Origin: Methanobacteriota archaeon
GTDB lineage: Archaea; Undinarchaeota; Undinarchaeia; Undinarchaeales; Undinarchaeaceae
Assembly (NCBI GenBank): GCA_002687935.1
Contig: NZBN01000006.1
Location: 15,790 to 79,789 of the forward strand
Direction: 5' to 3'
DNA length: 64,000 nt
Shown here: positions 9,033 through 20,080 of the stretch, piece after piece
Numbering within the stretch: the stretch's first letter is position 1
How the letters are laid out: each line of letters opens with the position of its first letter
Position numbers and translations under genes: made by a program
The notes under the pieces: model-generated
Told to the model about the DNA's origin: nothing
The model's input: only the letters and a program-made list of their open reading frames with translations
Databases searched by the model: none

Positions 9033-10814
9033 GTGAATAAGATGGCGAAGGGAGAAATTTACAGGGTATCAGGACCGGTTGTTGTTGCTAGAGGTCTTGA
9101 TGCAAAAATGTATGATATTGTTAATGTTGGAGAAGAGGGTCTTCTTGGAGAGGTAATCAAGATAGACCAGGAAGATGTTGTTATACAGGTTTATGAGGAT
9201 ACGTCTGGAGTTAAGCCAGGGGAACCTGTAAAATCGACAGGAAGGCCGCTGGCAGTTCAGCTTGGTCCCGGACTTTTGACAAGTATTTATGATGGAATTC
9301 AGAGACCTTTGGAAGGTTTGAAGAAAGAAATGGGGGATTTCATTAAGAGGGGAGTTTTTATTGACGGGCTTGATATGAAGAAGAACTGGGACTTTAAAGC
9401 CTCTGTTAAGAAAGGAGATAAAGTAAGTGAGGGAGAAATTATCGGAACAGTTCAGGAAACTCCTGTTATAACACATAAAGTAATGGTGCCACCTGGAATG
9501 TCAGGAAAGATTCGGAAAATTGGTAATGGAAAGTTTACTGTAAAGGATACTGTAGCTGAGCTTGAGAGTGGAGAAAAAATAACAATGGCTCAGTACTGGC
9601 CTGTCAGGAAGCCAAGACCATATAAGGATAAATTAAGTCCAGATATTCCTCTGATAACTGGTCAAAGAATACTTGACACTTTTTTCCCTATTGCAAAGGG
9701 AGGAACTGCTGCAATTCCTGGAGGTTTCGGAACTGGAAAAACCGTTACTCAGCACCAACTTGCAAAGTGGGCAGATACTGACATAATTATTTTCATCGGT
9801 TGTGGAGAAAGGGGAAATGAAATGACTGAAGTTCTGGAAGAATTTCCAAAACTGACAGATCCGAAGACTGGAAAACCGATGATGGATAGAACTGTGCTTA
9901 TAGCAAATACATCCAATATGCCTGTAGCGGCAAGAGAGGCTTCGATTTATACAGGAATTACAATTGCTGAGTATTATAGAGATATGGGGTACGATGTTGC
10001 TCTGATGGCTGACTCGACTTCGAGATGGGCGGAAGCAATGAGGGAAATTTCATCTAGGCTTGAAGAAATGCCAGGAGAAGAAGGTTATCCTGCTTATCTT
10101 GCGGCAAAACTTTCACAATTCTATGAGAGAGCAGGGAGAGTTGAGTGTAATGGAAGGAAGGATTTTGGTTCAATTACAGTTGTTGGTGCAGTTTCACCCC
10201 CTGGTGGAGACTTCTCCGAGCCTGTTACTCAGAATACTCTGAGAGTTGCAAAGGTATTTTGGGCTTTGGATAGCAAGCTGGCTAATAAGAGACATTTCCC
10301 TTCGATAAATTGGCTCACATCTTATTCACTTTATACAAAGGGACTTGAAGACTGGTTCACAGAAAATATAGGAAAAGAATTTGTTGATAATCAGAAAGAA
10401 GGTATGGCACTCCTTCAGAAAGAAGCCCAATTACAGGAAATTGTGCAGATTGTTGGATCTGATGCTATACCTGAGAAGGACCAGATGGTTCTTGAAACTG
10501 CGAGATTGCTACGAGAGGGTTATCTTCAGCAGAACGCTTTTCACGATATAGATACTTATTGCAGTCTTGAGAGACAGATGATGATGATGAAATTTAATCT
10601 TGAATTTGGAAGGCAAGGTCAGAGTGCAGTTGAGGCAGGGGTTTCTATTGAGAAAATTGCAGATATGGACAGTAAAGCGGATTTCTTGCAGTTGAAGTTT
10701 GTGAGTGAGAAGGAATTCAAGGCGAAATATGACAAAGTGACTGATAAATTGAAGACAGAGTTTGCAAAGCTGATTAAGAATGTAGGCTCACTAAGTCAGG
10801 AGGAAACTAAATGA
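9033..10814 (+). CDS. atpA: A1AO ATP synthase subunit A (catalytic)
   Basis: P-loop [26 protein letters not shown] and [12 protein letters not shown]; no intein. Confidence 0.99.
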   Translation: MNKMAKGEIYRVSGPVVVARGLDAKMYDIVNVGEEGLLGEVIKIDQEDVVIQVYEDTSGVKPGEPVKSTGRPLAVQLGPGLLTSIYDGIQRPLEGLKKEMGDFIKRGVFIDGLDMKKNWDFKASVKKGDKVSEGEIIGTVQETPVITHKVMVPPGMSGKIRKIGNGKFTVKDTVAELESGEKITMAQYWPVRKPRPYKDKLSPDIPLITGQRILDTFFPIAKGGTAAIPGGFGTGKTVTQHQLAKWADTDIIIFIGCGERGNEMTEVLEEFPKLTDPKTGKPMMDRTVLIANTSNMPVAAREASIYTGITIAEYYRDMGYDVALMADSTSRWAEAMREISSRLEEMPGEEGYPAYLAAKLSQFYERAGRVECNGRKDFGSITVVGAVSPPGGDFSEPVTQNTLRVAKVFWALDSKLANKRHFPSINWLTSYSLYTKGLEDWFTENIGKEFVDNQKEGMALLQKEAQLQEIVQIVGSDAIPEKDQMVLETARLLREGYLQQNAFHDIDTYCSLERQMMMMKFNLEFGRQGQSAVEAGVSIEKIADMDSKADFLQLKFVSEKEFKAKYDKVTDKLKTEFAKLIKNVGSLSQEETK

Positions 10815-12178
10815 AAGAGTATAAAACAATAAATCAGGTTGCAGGACCTTTGATATTTCTGGAGAAAACTCATGAGGTAGGATATGGGGAGCTTGTTGAT
10901 ATTAAACTTTCAAATGGTGATAGGAAGCGAGGGCAGGTCCTTGATACATCGAAGGATATTGTTGTCGTTCAGGTTTTCGGAGAAACTGTAGGGATAGATA
11001 AGAAAGCATCCGTTAAATTTACAGGAGAAACTATAAAGTTAGGAGTTTCTGGAGACATGCTTGGAAGAGTCTTTTCAGGATTTGGAGTTCCTATTGATGG
11101 GGGACCTGAAATTATACCGGAGGACCGTTTGGATATAAATGGTGCTGCAATAAATCCATATTCGAGGAGTCCGCCATCTGACTTTATTCAGACAGGAATA
11201 TCAACAATTGATGGAATGAATACTCTTGTGAGAGGACAGAAATTACCTATTTTCTCAGGTTCAGGACTTCCGCATAACGATATCGCGCTTCAGATAGCAA
11301 GACAGGCGAAAGTTCCAGGTCAGGAAGGAGAATTCGCTGTTGTGTTCGCTGCAATGGGAATAACGAATGAAGAGGCAAAATACTTTATCAAGGATTTTGA
11401 AGAAACGGGAGCGCTTGAACATGCTGTTGTCTTCCTGAATCTTGCGAATGACCCTGCTGTTGAGAGAATTATTACTCCGAGACTTGCATTGACTACAGCT
11501 GAGTACCTTGCTTTTGAGAAAGGGATGCACGTTCTTGTTATACTTACAGATATGACAAACTATTGTGAAGCTCTGAGAGAGATTGGAGCTGCGAGAGAGG
11601 AGATTCCAGGGAGAAGGGGGTATCCAGGGTACATGTATACTGATTTGGCGAATTTGTATGAGAGAGCAGGTATTATACATGGAAAGAAGGGCTCAATTAC
11701 ACAGGTTCCTATATTGACGATGCCAGGAGACGATATAACTCATCCTATACCAGATCTTACAGGGTATATTACAGAAGGGCAGATTGTTCTTGGAAGAGAA
11801 TTGCACCGTTCAGGAATATATCCCTCTATTGATGTTCTTCCTTGTTTGTCAAGATTGATGAATTCTGGAATTGGGAAGGGGAAAACACGTGATGACCATA
11901 AAGATGTTTCTAACCAATTGTATGCAGGATATGCAGAAGGGCGAGAATTGAGAGGTCTGGTTTCTATTGTAGGAGAAGAAGCCCTCTCAGAGAGGGACAG
12001 GCGATTTCTTCGTTTTGCAGAAGCATTTGAAGACCTTTTAGTTAGGCAGGGACGGGAAGAAAACCGCTCGATTGAAGATACTTTGGATCTTGGATGGAAG
12101 ATGTTTTCCGATATTCTTGATGAGAAGGACCTTACAAGAATAGATCCTGAGGAAATAAAGAAGCGTCTAAAAAAATAA
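10811..12178 (+). CDS. atpB: A1AO ATP synthase subunit B
   Basis: [29 protein letters not shown] and [14 protein letters not shown]. Confidence 0.99.
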   Translation: MKEYKTINQVAGPLIFLEKTHEVGYGELVDIKLSNGDRKRGQVLDTSKDIVVVQVFGETVGIDKKASVKFTGETIKLGVSGDMLGRVFSGFGVPIDGGPEIIPEDRLDINGAAINPYSRSPPSDFIQTGISTIDGMNTLVRGQKLPIFSGSGLPHNDIALQIARQAKVPGQEGEFAVVFAAMGITNEEAKYFIKDFEETGALEHAVVFLNLANDPAVERIITPRLALTTAEYLAFEKGMHVLVILTDMTNYCEALREIGAAREEIPGRRGYPGYMYTDLANLYERAGIIHGKKGSITQVPILTMPGDDITHPIPDLTGYITEGQIVLGRELHRSGIYPSIDVLPCLSRLMNSGIGKGKTRDDHKDVSNQLYAGYAEGRELRGLVSIVGEEALSERDRRFLRFAEAFEDLLVRQGREENRSIEDTLDLGWKMFSDILDEKDLTRIDPEEIKKRLKK

Positions 12179-12179
12179 G

Positions 12180-12794
12180 ATGACAGAGGACATAAAACCA
12201 ACCAGATCTGAGCTAATAAAGCTCAAGCGAAAAATAAAACTGGCTAAAAATGGTTATGAACTTCTGAAGAAGAAGAAAGACGGACTTATCCAGGAATTCT
12301 TTTCAATTTTAGATGAGGTTAGGAAAAATAGAGAGGTTCTTGGTGGAATTCATAAAAAATCAGTAAATAGTCTTGAAGTGAGTAGGGCAATGGATGGAAC
12401 CCTGGCAGTAGAGTCGGCAGCCTTCTCTGTTACAAAGAATCCGGATATAAAAGTGCAGCCGAAAAATATAATGGGAGTTTCTGTTCCAGAGATTGAAATT
12501 GTACAAGGGACTGTACTTGATGAAAGAAATTATGGGATTATAGGAAGTTCTAGTTATATTGATAATGTTGTTGATGATTACCAGGAACTTCTTGAAAAAA
12601 TAGTTCTTAGCGCTGAAATGGAAACCGCAATGAAGAGGCTACTTCTTGAGATAGAAAAAACCAGACGTCGTGTAAGTGCTTTAGAATATATTGTTATACC
12701 TAGAATGGAAGGACAAGCAGAATTTATAAGATCCAGGCTTGAGGAATTGGAAAGAGAGAATTTATTCAAACTTAAGTTGATAAAGAAGAAGTAA
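12180..12794 (+). CDS. atpD: A1AO ATP synthase subunit D
   Basis: IKPTRSELIKLK and EIEKTRRRVSALEYIVIP. Confidence 0.97.
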   Translation: MTEDIKPTRSELIKLKRKIKLAKNGYELLKKKKDGLIQEFFSILDEVRKNREVLGGIHKKSVNSLEVSRAMDGTLAVESAAFSVTKNPDIKVQPKNIMGVSVPEIEIVQGTVLDERNYGIIGSSSYIDNVVDDYQELLEKIVLSAEMETAMKRLLLEIEKTRRRVSALEYIVIPRMEGQAEFIRSRLEELERENLFKLKLIKKK

Positions 12795-15700
12795 ATTTTT
12801 TCAGAGATTTTTGTTCTTTTGCTCCGAAGAGGGCGAGGATATTTTTATCAAAGGCATTAATTTCTTGTTCTAAGTAGGTTGATAAGTTGTATTTTTTTAT
12901 TAAATCCTGAGAAATGCCGAGATATTTTTCTATACTTCCGCGATGAACTGTTAGAGTGAGATTTCCGTCACAATTAGCACAGCTTCCGCTCAGTGGTGGA
13001 CGACGATATTTTGTATTGCACTTTGTGCACCTGACTTTTTGTTTTGAAAATTTTCTGAGATTTCCTTTTATATCTGGAAGGAAGTGGCTTTGAATTATTT
13101 TCTCTGCAACTATGTTTTCATTTACTGCAGATATTCTCTCGGCAAGATCCATTTGTTTTGCAAGTTTCTCCACCATTTGTCCTGAAGAATATACATTGAA
13201 ATGGGCACCAAGTCCTATATCGGAGGTGTCGTGAGTAAACCCCCAACCAATGAAGGGATTTTCATCATTTACAACATCACGGACTCTCTTCATATCTACA
13301 CTTGATGGTTCTGCAGTCCAAATTGTTGATTCATAGAATTTGAGCGAGTACTCTTCGACTATGTCCAAATCGTAGACTTCGTCATCTATTTCTAAGGGAT
13401 TTAATTCATTGGTTACGACAAGAGGAGCATCCATTCTTCCTCCTCGTCTGTCAGGAAGTAATTCTCTTGAGAAATTTAGAAAAGCATCAAGAAGTAACAT
13501 TATTGCATCTTCGTCGCCATCGCAGTCGCGTCTTTTGGCGTCGTGGAAGCAGGGATGTGCGTATCCGACGCGGGCCTTTGTGAAGCCTATTACTCGACCT
13601 ATTATACCTGTTGAAGTGTGAGGGGCAAGTGCTATTACATGACTTCCAATCATGTCGTCCCCTGTTTTTGCATTGTAGTAGGGCTGGAGACCATAATATT
13701 TTACAAGGAGGTCATCGACAAATTTTGATATATTTAGAAGGTATTCTCCTGCAGGGTTGTCTCCGTGGTTTGATAAGATTATGTCTTGAGGAAGGAGTTC
13801 AATTTCTTGTGAAGTTGAATTTACCTCCTTTCCGAAGCGGTCTTTTTGATAACCGAGTGCTTTCAGTTTTTCAAGTGAAATACCAACTTCCTTTGCTCTG
13901 AAGTGAGTAAGTGGGGCGTTTGTACTGTCGAATCTTATTGTACCGTCTTTGAAGGGGTAAACATTGTGGAGAGCTCTGAGCATTCCTTTTTCCAAGGGTT
14001 CGGGAATTTTGTTGCGACTACCCATACCGAGAACTCCCTTAAGAGGAGGGAGTTCCGGATTTCCAAGTTTTTGTGAGGCTTTTTCAAATATTGATTTTAT
14101 ATTGACCTGCTTTTTTTCGTGAGCCCGTGGAGGGATTTTACAGATTGGGCATTTTTCTTTTTTTGTCGCCCTTTTACACCGGGGACAGGTGGCAATTAAT
14201 TCTGTTGATGAATCACAGACAGAACATTTTGGATACATTTCAGAACGGTTGCAGGCTCTGCAGTAGAATTTTGCAACATCTATAAGAACGCTTGGTGTTT
14301 TTTCTACTGTTTTTCTTAAGTCACGTATTCTTCCTTTTCTTCCGCCGGTTGGGAAGAGTGCGTGGATAGCCGGGACCATTTTACGGGGCTTTGCTTTTTC
14401 AGGCCTACCCATCCTTGCACCAATTGTTGTGGGAATTCTGTCCATGATTTTTGTTTTGCATAATTCATTTATGATTTTGAGAGAGGATTTGTGAGAAGAA
14501 TTTCGTATTGCCTCTGTTGTTTCCAGTCCAATTGGGAGTTGATGGCGGAGTGCATCAGAATGTTTAGTTATGATTATGTTTTCTCCAGAGATTTTGTGGA
14601 ATATGCAGAGCTCTTCAAATATTTTTTTTATTTCTCGTGTGTTTTTCAAAGTAATATCTCCAGAAGTAGGTGCTTTTTCTAGAGCATTTGATAAATGTTC
14701 TAGACCTTTTTTTGATATATGTCTCCAGAGGAAAGTATATTTTGGGTGGAGGGGAATCTCATACTTTTCCGAGAATTTTAGTGCTTCTTCAAAATTTGGT
14801 AAAGGATAAGGACGTTTTAATGCATCTGAATCCTCCTCAGGATTTTTTTCAAAAATTTGTTTAGACCACCATTCTTCACAATATGAAGATGGGGGGAGTG
14901 GGTGGTTGTTTTCGACAAAATCGCCAGCTGATATAAGAATATCTCCTAGTTGTATTATTTTTACTACCTCATCTCTTAGTTCGAGGGCTTTTTCTACTGT
15001 ATCTACTTGGATAACTTCGCCAGAATCCAGCAAGACTGTCGGACCATTTATAGTATCACAAGGAGTTACGATTGCCGCTTTTCCAGGGAACTCCAGCCTT
15101 ATTTGAGTTCCAATTGCTATGAATTCATTGAGAATGTACATTAAAGCCGGGTTTAATGCTAGTGCTGCATAGCCGGTTGCACGGGTTCTTCCATAACGAA
15201 GAGTAAAGCCCCCTCTAGTGGAAGGAAACGCGAAAACCGGCCGTCCTGCAGGGACTTCGTTCAGATATTTAGCATGTTGGGGGGCTTCTTTTTCTTCCTC
15301 TAAAAGCTGTTTTGCCCAAACTTCTCCTTCATCAACTGCTTTGTGAATTATTTTTCCGAGACTGGCAGCGCCTTCATTTGTGATATCGGATATCCATTCA
15401 TGTTTTGGTATTTCCACTTTGAGGTGTTCACTTTTTGCTTTCTTTATTGCCAGAAGACCGTCAATCCAGCTCCAGTCAAGACCAAATTTTTCTTCAAGAT
15501 GTTTCAGACGTTTGTGAAGTTTTGGAGCTTTTTGTGCTATTCCCTCAGCTAGGACTAGACACATACCTCCTCTTAGTCTGTTTGTTTCAACACGAGGAAG
15601 GTCACGATAATTTGAAACCTCCACTTTTTCAGTTGGCTCTCCGTTGAGGCATATTGGAACGTTTCTGATTATTGTTTCTATTTCGTTTTCAGAGGGTTTG

Positions 15701-16269
15701 TATTGTAGATGGACTCTGCGGTGATACCAATTAATCTCTTCAATGTAACGGCGGACTTCGTCTTGTGTTGGTTTGAATTTACTGAGCCCGAGACATTTTC
15801 TAGTATAATCTGACATTACTACGGAAATGGCTTCTGCAGTTCCTCCTGCAGCCCGTATTGGACCTGCGTAATAGACAGAAAGATATTCTGTGTTATCAGG
15901 ATTTCGTCCTATGGTAACTTTTGCTATTCCTTCGAGTGGGGCTGCAACTGCCCCTTGAGTTAGATAAGCTAGAGATGCCCGGATCGCATTGTCAGCAGCT
16001 GTTTCTCGGTCTGGCTCTAATTTGACTAACTCTTCTATAAGTTTGAAAGCTACTTCCTCTTCTACTTCAGTATTTTTTCTTATTTCTCTGATGAGCTTGG
16101 CAAGCCCTTTGAGTTGGAGCAGACCTTCAACTTTTTCTTCTACATTGGTTGCTATGTATATTTCAGGTTCATTGGAAAAATCCAGTGCAGAGTTTCTTGC
16201 TTTTGAGGCTATATCAAACTCTTTCTGTGTTTGTTCTTTTATTGAATTTTTATATTCAGATAGGTTCAT
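12772..16269 (-). CDS. polC: DNA polymerase D large subunit (DP2)
   Basis: YYAGPIRAAGGTA, GGFTLRYGRTR, RMGRPEKAK, KDGTIRFD, KRRDCDGDED catalytic motif, RGGRMDAPL, Zn fingers and C-terminal PIP-like QKSLKKF. Confidence 0.99.
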   Translation of the reverse strand: MNLSEYKNSIKEQTQKEFDIASKARNSALDFSNEPEIYIATNVEEKVEGLLQLKGLAKLIREIRKNTEVEEEVAFKLIEELVKLEPDRETAADNAIRASLAYLTQGAVAAPLEGIAKVTIGRNPDNTEYLSVYYAGPIRAAGGTAEAISVVMSDYTRKCLGLSKFKPTQDEVRRYIEEINWYHRRVHLQYKPSENEIETIIRNVPICLNGEPTEKVEVSNYRDLPRVETNRLRGGMCLVLAEGIAQKAPKLHKRLKHLEEKFGLDWSWIDGLLAIKKAKSEHLKVEIPKHEWISDITNEGAASLGKIIHKAVDEGEVWAKQLLEEEKEAPQHAKYLNEVPAGRPVFAFPSTRGGFTLRYGRTRATGYAALALNPALMYILNEFIAIGTQIRLEFPGKAAIVTPCDTINGPTVLLDSGEVIQVDTVEKALELRDEVVKIIQLGDILISAGDFVENNHPLPPSSYCEEWWSKQIFEKNPEEDSDALKRPYPLPNFEEALKFSEKYEIPLHPKYTFLWRHISKKGLEHLSNALEKAPTSGDITLKNTREIKKIFEELCIFHKISGENIIITKHSDALRHQLPIGLETTEAIRNSSHKSSLKIINELCKTKIMDRIPTTIGARMGRPEKAKPRKMVPAIHALFPTGGRKGRIRDLRKTVEKTPSVLIDVAKFYCRACNRSEMYPKCSVCDSSTELIATCPRCKRATKKEKCPICKIPPRAHEKKQVNIKSIFEKASQKLGNPELPPLKGVLGMGSRNKIPEPLEKGMLRALHNVYPFKDGTIRFDSTNAPLTHFRAKEVGISLEKLKALGYQKDRFGKEVNSTSQEIELLPQDIILSNHGDNPAGEYLLNISKFVDDLLVKYYGLQPYYNAKTGDDMIGSHVIALAPHTSTGIIGRVIGFTKARVGYAHPCFHDAKRRDCDGDEDAIMLLLDAFLNFSRELLPDRRGGRMDAPLVVTNELNPLEIDDEVYDLDIVEEYSLKFYESTIWTAEPSSVDMKRVRDVVNDENPFIGWGFTHDTSDIGLGAHFNVYSSGQMVEKLAKQMDLAERISAVNENIVAEKIIQSHFLPDIKGNLRKFSKQKVRCTKCNTKYRRPPLSGSCANCDGNLTLTVHRGSIEKYLGISQDLIKKYNLSTYLEQEINAFDKNILALFGAKEQKSLKKFTSSLST

Positions 16270-17713
16270 TTTTGTAAAAATTTATTAGCTGCATTTCGCG
16301 GCTTTTCATATTTATTATAGGAAGATTTCCGGGTGTTGGTTCGTGCCCGCATAGTTCCTGGAAGTCTGTTTTACCCTGCCAAGTTCCTGAATTCAGCATT
16401 GTTACTCCGCGATAGTTCATAGCACCATTTGAATGAACATGACCTGTGTGAAATATATCTATATCACTTGGAATTACCATACTATCCTGTCCGCTTGTGA
16501 CCAAATCGGAACTGTATATAGGAGATAGGTGTCTTTTTTTGAGTAGAGCCAGCATAACTATTTCAGGGTGTTTGTAACCATCTTTGAAAGTTTTATCAGA
16601 AGCCACCATTGTATCTATGCTTGTTCCATGATAGAGTAGTGTGTTTAAACCACCCCCATCTGAGGAATGTATATTTACAAGAGAGGGGTTGCTGACCATT
16701 GTTACATTACTTAGTTCATTTAATTCAGGGGCTATGTCTTTAGTCAGAGGTGTTTGTGGTTGAGCTAGATGTGTGTAATCGTGGTTTCCGGGGCAAATTA
16801 TTATTTCAATATTTTCAGGTATTTTTGAAAGGAGTTTTGCCGCTTCTGTATATTGTTTTGTGATGTCAGATTCGTAGAGGCCTTCTTTTTGATTGGGGTA
16901 AACACCAACACCATCGACTAAATCTCCAGCTATGAAAATGTAATTTATATTATCTGTTATTTCCCTTTGTATATCACTTTCAACATCTGAATTGAACCAA
17001 TCGAGAAGGTCGTTAAACTCTTTTTTGAGAAATTTTTTACTTCCAATGTGTATGTCAGAAAGGAAGGCTGTATGGCTTGCATCAGAGAGTTTTTTCATGT
17101 GCCTTCCTGTTGGAAAGTCAGGTTGTATTATGTTGTTAGTAAAGAATATATCATCTCCCATGCTTCCTTCAAGCGCTATTACTTCATCAAGGACTATAGG
17201 CGCTGCCTGTTTGATTGCCTCTGGGCTTGTAGTAATTGTTTTTAGAGTCCCTGTTGGATCTTCTAACTCGAGTATGACGCTATTTTTAGTTATTCTTTTG
17301 TCAGAAACTATTCCAATTAAACTGCATTTTTCCCCTTTTGCTTTTTCTGCATGAGCAAGGGACATGGTATTATTGGTACGTGTGGAAAGAATTTTTTTGA
17401 AATAGTTGTATCTTGCTCTGAAGAAATCAGAAATTGTTTGGAGACCGTCTACATAAGGTGTTTTTGTGCAGTTTTGGAGTATGTTTACTTCTGTTTTAAA
17501 GGCTGAGCCAATTTTTCTTTCTGAAATTGATTGGGTTTTTGTGAAGTGTGTTGTTGTGATAAGAAATTCACCAGATTCTAGTTTTTTTATTGAATTTTCC
17601 AGTGCTTTTTTTGGCTCTTTTTGTTCAGCAATTAATCTGATAGCATCTGTTGTTATCTGTAGGTTTTTTTCTATAACCAGTTTCAGTAGATCTTTCTGTA
17701 GTTTTATATTCAT
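16256..17713 (-). CDS. polB: DNA polymerase D small proofreading subunit (DP1)
   Basis: OB fold plus calcineurin-like motifs SDIHIG, GDLVDG, PGNHD, YHG and GHVH; between cdc6 and DP2. Confidence 0.97.
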   Translation of the reverse strand: MNIKLQKDLLKLVIEKNLQITTDAIRLIAEQKEPKKALENSIKKLESGEFLITTTHFTKTQSISERKIGSAFKTEVNILQNCTKTPYVDGLQTISDFFRARYNYFKKILSTRTNNTMSLAHAEKAKGEKCSLIGIVSDKRITKNSVILELEDPTGTLKTITTSPEAIKQAAPIVLDEVIALEGSMGDDIFFTNNIIQPDFPTGRHMKKLSDASHTAFLSDIHIGSKKFLKKEFNDLLDWFNSDVESDIQREITDNINYIFIAGDLVDGVGVYPNQKEGLYESDITKQYTEAAKLLSKIPENIEIIICPGNHDYTHLAQPQTPLTKDIAPELNELSNVTMVSNPSLVNIHSSDGGGLNTLLYHGTSIDTMVASDKTFKDGYKHPEIVMLALLKKRHLSPIYSSDLVTSGQDSMVIPSDIDIFHTGHVHSNGAMNYRGVTMLNSGTWQGKTDFQELCGHEPTPGNLPIINMKSREMQLINFYKNEPI

Positions 17714-17721
17714 GTTGGAGT

Positions 17722-18915
17722 TCAGAGTAATTCGCCACGAAGTATTTCGGATGTTTTTTCCAGGGCGACAGGTGTCATATCTAGTTTTATTTTTCTTGTT
17801 CTTCCGTATCGTCCTTTTGAGACGACGAGGGAATTTATGACACCTAACATGTCCAATTCCGATATTAGGTCGGAGACACGTCTCTGAGTTAGTGGCACAA
17901 GGCCTATTTGCTTGCAGAGGTTATGGTAGACTTCAAATACCTCCCCTGTAGCAACTTCGTTTTTATTTAATTCTTTTAAGTAGATTATGCTGTAGAGTAC
18001 TATTTGTGATTGGCGGGGTTGTGTTTTTACAATTTCGACAACACGATCAATGTCTATTTTGCGCATTGCTCTGTCGACATGTCCTTCATTTACCTTTATG
18101 TCTACATTTCTTTCTGCGATTTCACAGGCAACCCTGAGAAGGTCTAATGCTCTTCGCACATCTCCGTGTTCCTGGGCGGCAAGAGCAGAGCATTTTGCTA
18201 TTGTTCCTTCTTCCAAAGAAGTTGGAGAAAGTGCTATGTCTGCTCTGTTTGCTAATATGTCCTGAATTTGTATGGCATTGTAAGGAGGAAATACTAATTC
18301 TTCTTCTGATAGGCTGGATTTTATTCGTGGGTCGAGATTGTTTGTGAAATTTAGGTCGTTTGAAATTCCAATTATACTTACTTGTGCATTTGAAAGTTCT
18401 GTATTTATTCTAGTTAGGTTATAAAGAACATCTGTCTCGACAAGAGTGTCTATCTCGTCCAGAACAATAATAAATACCCCACCAGCTTTGTTTATTTCTC
18501 TAAGAAATATTTTATATACTTCATCTGTTGGCAAACCAGTTGCTGGAACATCTACATCAATAAAACTTAGGAAACGCGCAAGAAGTCTATAGGGTGTATT
18601 TATTTTTTCCATTTTACAATTCATATAGAGGGTTTTAAGTGTTGTTTTTTGTTTTGTGGCCTTAGATTCTAGTTCCTGACAAACAAATTTAGAAACCAGT
18701 GTTTTTCCTGTTCCTGTTTTTCCATAAATAAATACATTAGATGGTCTGTCCCCACGAAGCCCAGGAGCTAAAATAGCAGCTAATTGGTTTATTTGTTCGT
18801 TTCTGTGTGGGACGTTTTCAGGTGTGTATGCGTCTTGTAAGGCTTGTTTTGAAATAAATAGTGATTGTTTACTTAGAAAGGAATCAAATAAATCTTCTAG
18901 TGTTTTTTGTTTCAT
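17722..18915 (-). CDS. cdc6: Orc1/Cdc6 replication initiator
   Basis: YTPENVPHRNEQI, Walker A GKTGTGKT, Walker B VLDEID, GDVRRALDLLR and C-terminal wH (KGRYGRTR). Start placed at ATG 18915 (MKQKTLEDLF); the longer ORF in the track runs through the origin. Confidence 0.97.
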   Translation of the reverse strand: MKQKTLEDLFDSFLSKQSLFISKQALQDAYTPENVPHRNEQINQLAAILAPGLRGDRPSNVFIYGKTGTGKTLVSKFVCQELESKATKQKTTLKTLYMNCKMEKINTPYRLLARFLSFIDVDVPATGLPTDEVYKIFLREINKAGGVFIIVLDEIDTLVETDVLYNLTRINTELSNAQVSIIGISNDLNFTNNLDPRIKSSLSEEELVFPPYNAIQIQDILANRADIALSPTSLEEGTIAKCSALAAQEHGDVRRALDLLRVACEIAERNVDIKVNEGHVDRAMRKIDIDRVVEIVKTQPRQSQIVLYSIIYLKELNKNEVATGEVFEVYHNLCKQIGLVPLTQRRVSDLISELDMLGVINSLVVSKGRYGRTRKIKLDMTPVALEKTSEILRGELL

Positions 18916-18930
18916 ACCTACCCACAATAT

Positions 18931-19400
18931 TTGCATAGGAAGTAAGGGTATAAATACCTTACTGGTTTTTCCAGACCCACCCACCCCTTTGTTTCCAGTG
19001 GAACAGCCAGTTGGTGGGGCGGTGTTTTTTGTTTTAAGCCCGATTAGACCGCTTTTAGTGGTTTTGTAGTGTTTTTGTCTTGTTTTTATCTTATTAAAAA
19101 GTAGTTTAGTGGTCTTTTTTGTTTTATTTTTTGTTTCATGGGGTGTTTTGGTGTTGTTTCTTGTTTTTGGGTTCTTTTCTTCCCTTTCCAAAGGAAATTG
19201 GGGGTTTTGTTGTGATTTTCCAGTGGAAGTTGGGGTTTTTTGTTTGGTTATATTATATATATTTATTAACTATATAGATAATAAATAAATAAATAAATAA
19301 AACCGAAAGACCACAAACAAACAACAAAAAAAGGAAAATAAGATAGAAAAAAGGAAAACACACATAAAAATAAAAAAAAGTTCTATATGAAATAAAGGGG
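18931..19400. promoter_or_regulatory. Replication origin oriC with ORB elements and DUE
   Basis: ORB on minus strand 18983-19004 (GTTCCACTGGAAACAAAGGGGT); plus-strand ORB-like boxes 19186-19204 (TTCCAAAGGAAATTGGGGG) and 19218-19235 (TTCCAGTGGAAGTTGGGG); degenerate boxes 18931-18949 and 19380-19400; near-pure AT stretch ~19248-19302; directly upstream of cdc6-DP1-DP2. Confidence 0.9.
19248..19302. repeat. AT-rich unwinding element with (TAAA)n microsatellite
   Basis: TATATTATATATATTTATTAACTATATAGATAATAAATAAATAAATAAATAAAA read directly. Confidence 0.8.
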
Positions 19401-19430
19401 ACTGAGACCTAAAAAACCATAAACAAACAA

Positions 19431-19910
19431 TTAACCATATGTTTTATGTGGCCGCGAAATATTAGACTCATTTACACCACTTTTTTTATGTTCTTTATCA
19501 CTACTCACTTCTTTACCCAAACTACCTTTATTTGTAAATTTATCATCCATTTTTCTGGGTTTTTCTTTATATTTTAAACCAAGTACTCGCATAGCACTAA
19601 AAACAGAATCGGGTATTTCGATAACTAAATTTGGATCTAAGGAATAGTATTTTCGTGTGCTGGTACTTCCCCATGTATAATTTCCTTGTATTTGTTCTAT
19701 TCCATATTCCTTAAATTCATCTTGTTGTACGCCTTTTTTCAAATGATAGTAAATTTGCCGGGCTTCAAGTGGCTCAAAAGCCAGAAGATATACTTTATGT
19801 ATTTCATAACCATAAGCACAACCAAGCGCTCCAAGTATCTGCTTTATTTTCTCTCGTATTGGGCTTCCAACAGGTCGTCCGCGACTGTCTTTCTTCGTTT
19901 CTAGAACCAT
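19431..19910 (-). CDS. Conserved archaeal winged-helix protein of unknown function, adjacent to oriC
   Basis: RGRPxGSPIRxxIxxILxxLGxAYGYEIHKVY...RQIYYHLKKG...TWGSTSTRKYYSL gives a wHTH pattern with a wing; low-complexity C-terminal tail. Confidence 0.75.
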   Translation of the reverse strand: MVLETKKDSRGRPVGSPIREKIKQILGALGCAYGYEIHKVYLLAFEPLEARQIYYHLKKGVQQDEFKEYGIEQIQGNYTWGSTSTRKYYSLDPNLVIEIPDSVFSAMRVLGLKYKEKPRKMDDKFTNKGSLGKEVSSDKEHKKSGVNESNISRPHKTYG

Positions 19911-20080
19911 TATTGTCTATATGGATAATAAATAATAAACTTTATATATCTTCCCAAAACCCCACACAAAACATATTAATAAGCCAACTATCATTAATTT
20001 AGCCTGGATTTGAACCATAACACAGTTAGGCTGCGAATTAGGAAACGTGATGAACTTTTTGTGGATCAGATTAAACTAGA

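Noticed and set aside
18916-19191. 92-aa N-terminal extension of Cdc6 in the ORF track
   Set aside because: Low-complexity K/T/N sequence that simply reflects the stop-poor T/G-rich origin DNA; it runs through ORB boxes, and homology starts at MKQKTLEDLF.
19270-19302. Short tandem repeats here and at 24551 and 28020 as possible CRISPR
   Set aside because: No unique spacers and no cas genes; these are a microsatellite and in-frame coding repeats.
20047-20053. C-box (GTGATGA) upstream of the DEAD-box helicase
   Set aside because: No downstream D box (CTGA) at a suitable distance; only a weak AGCCT/AGGCT stem nearby.
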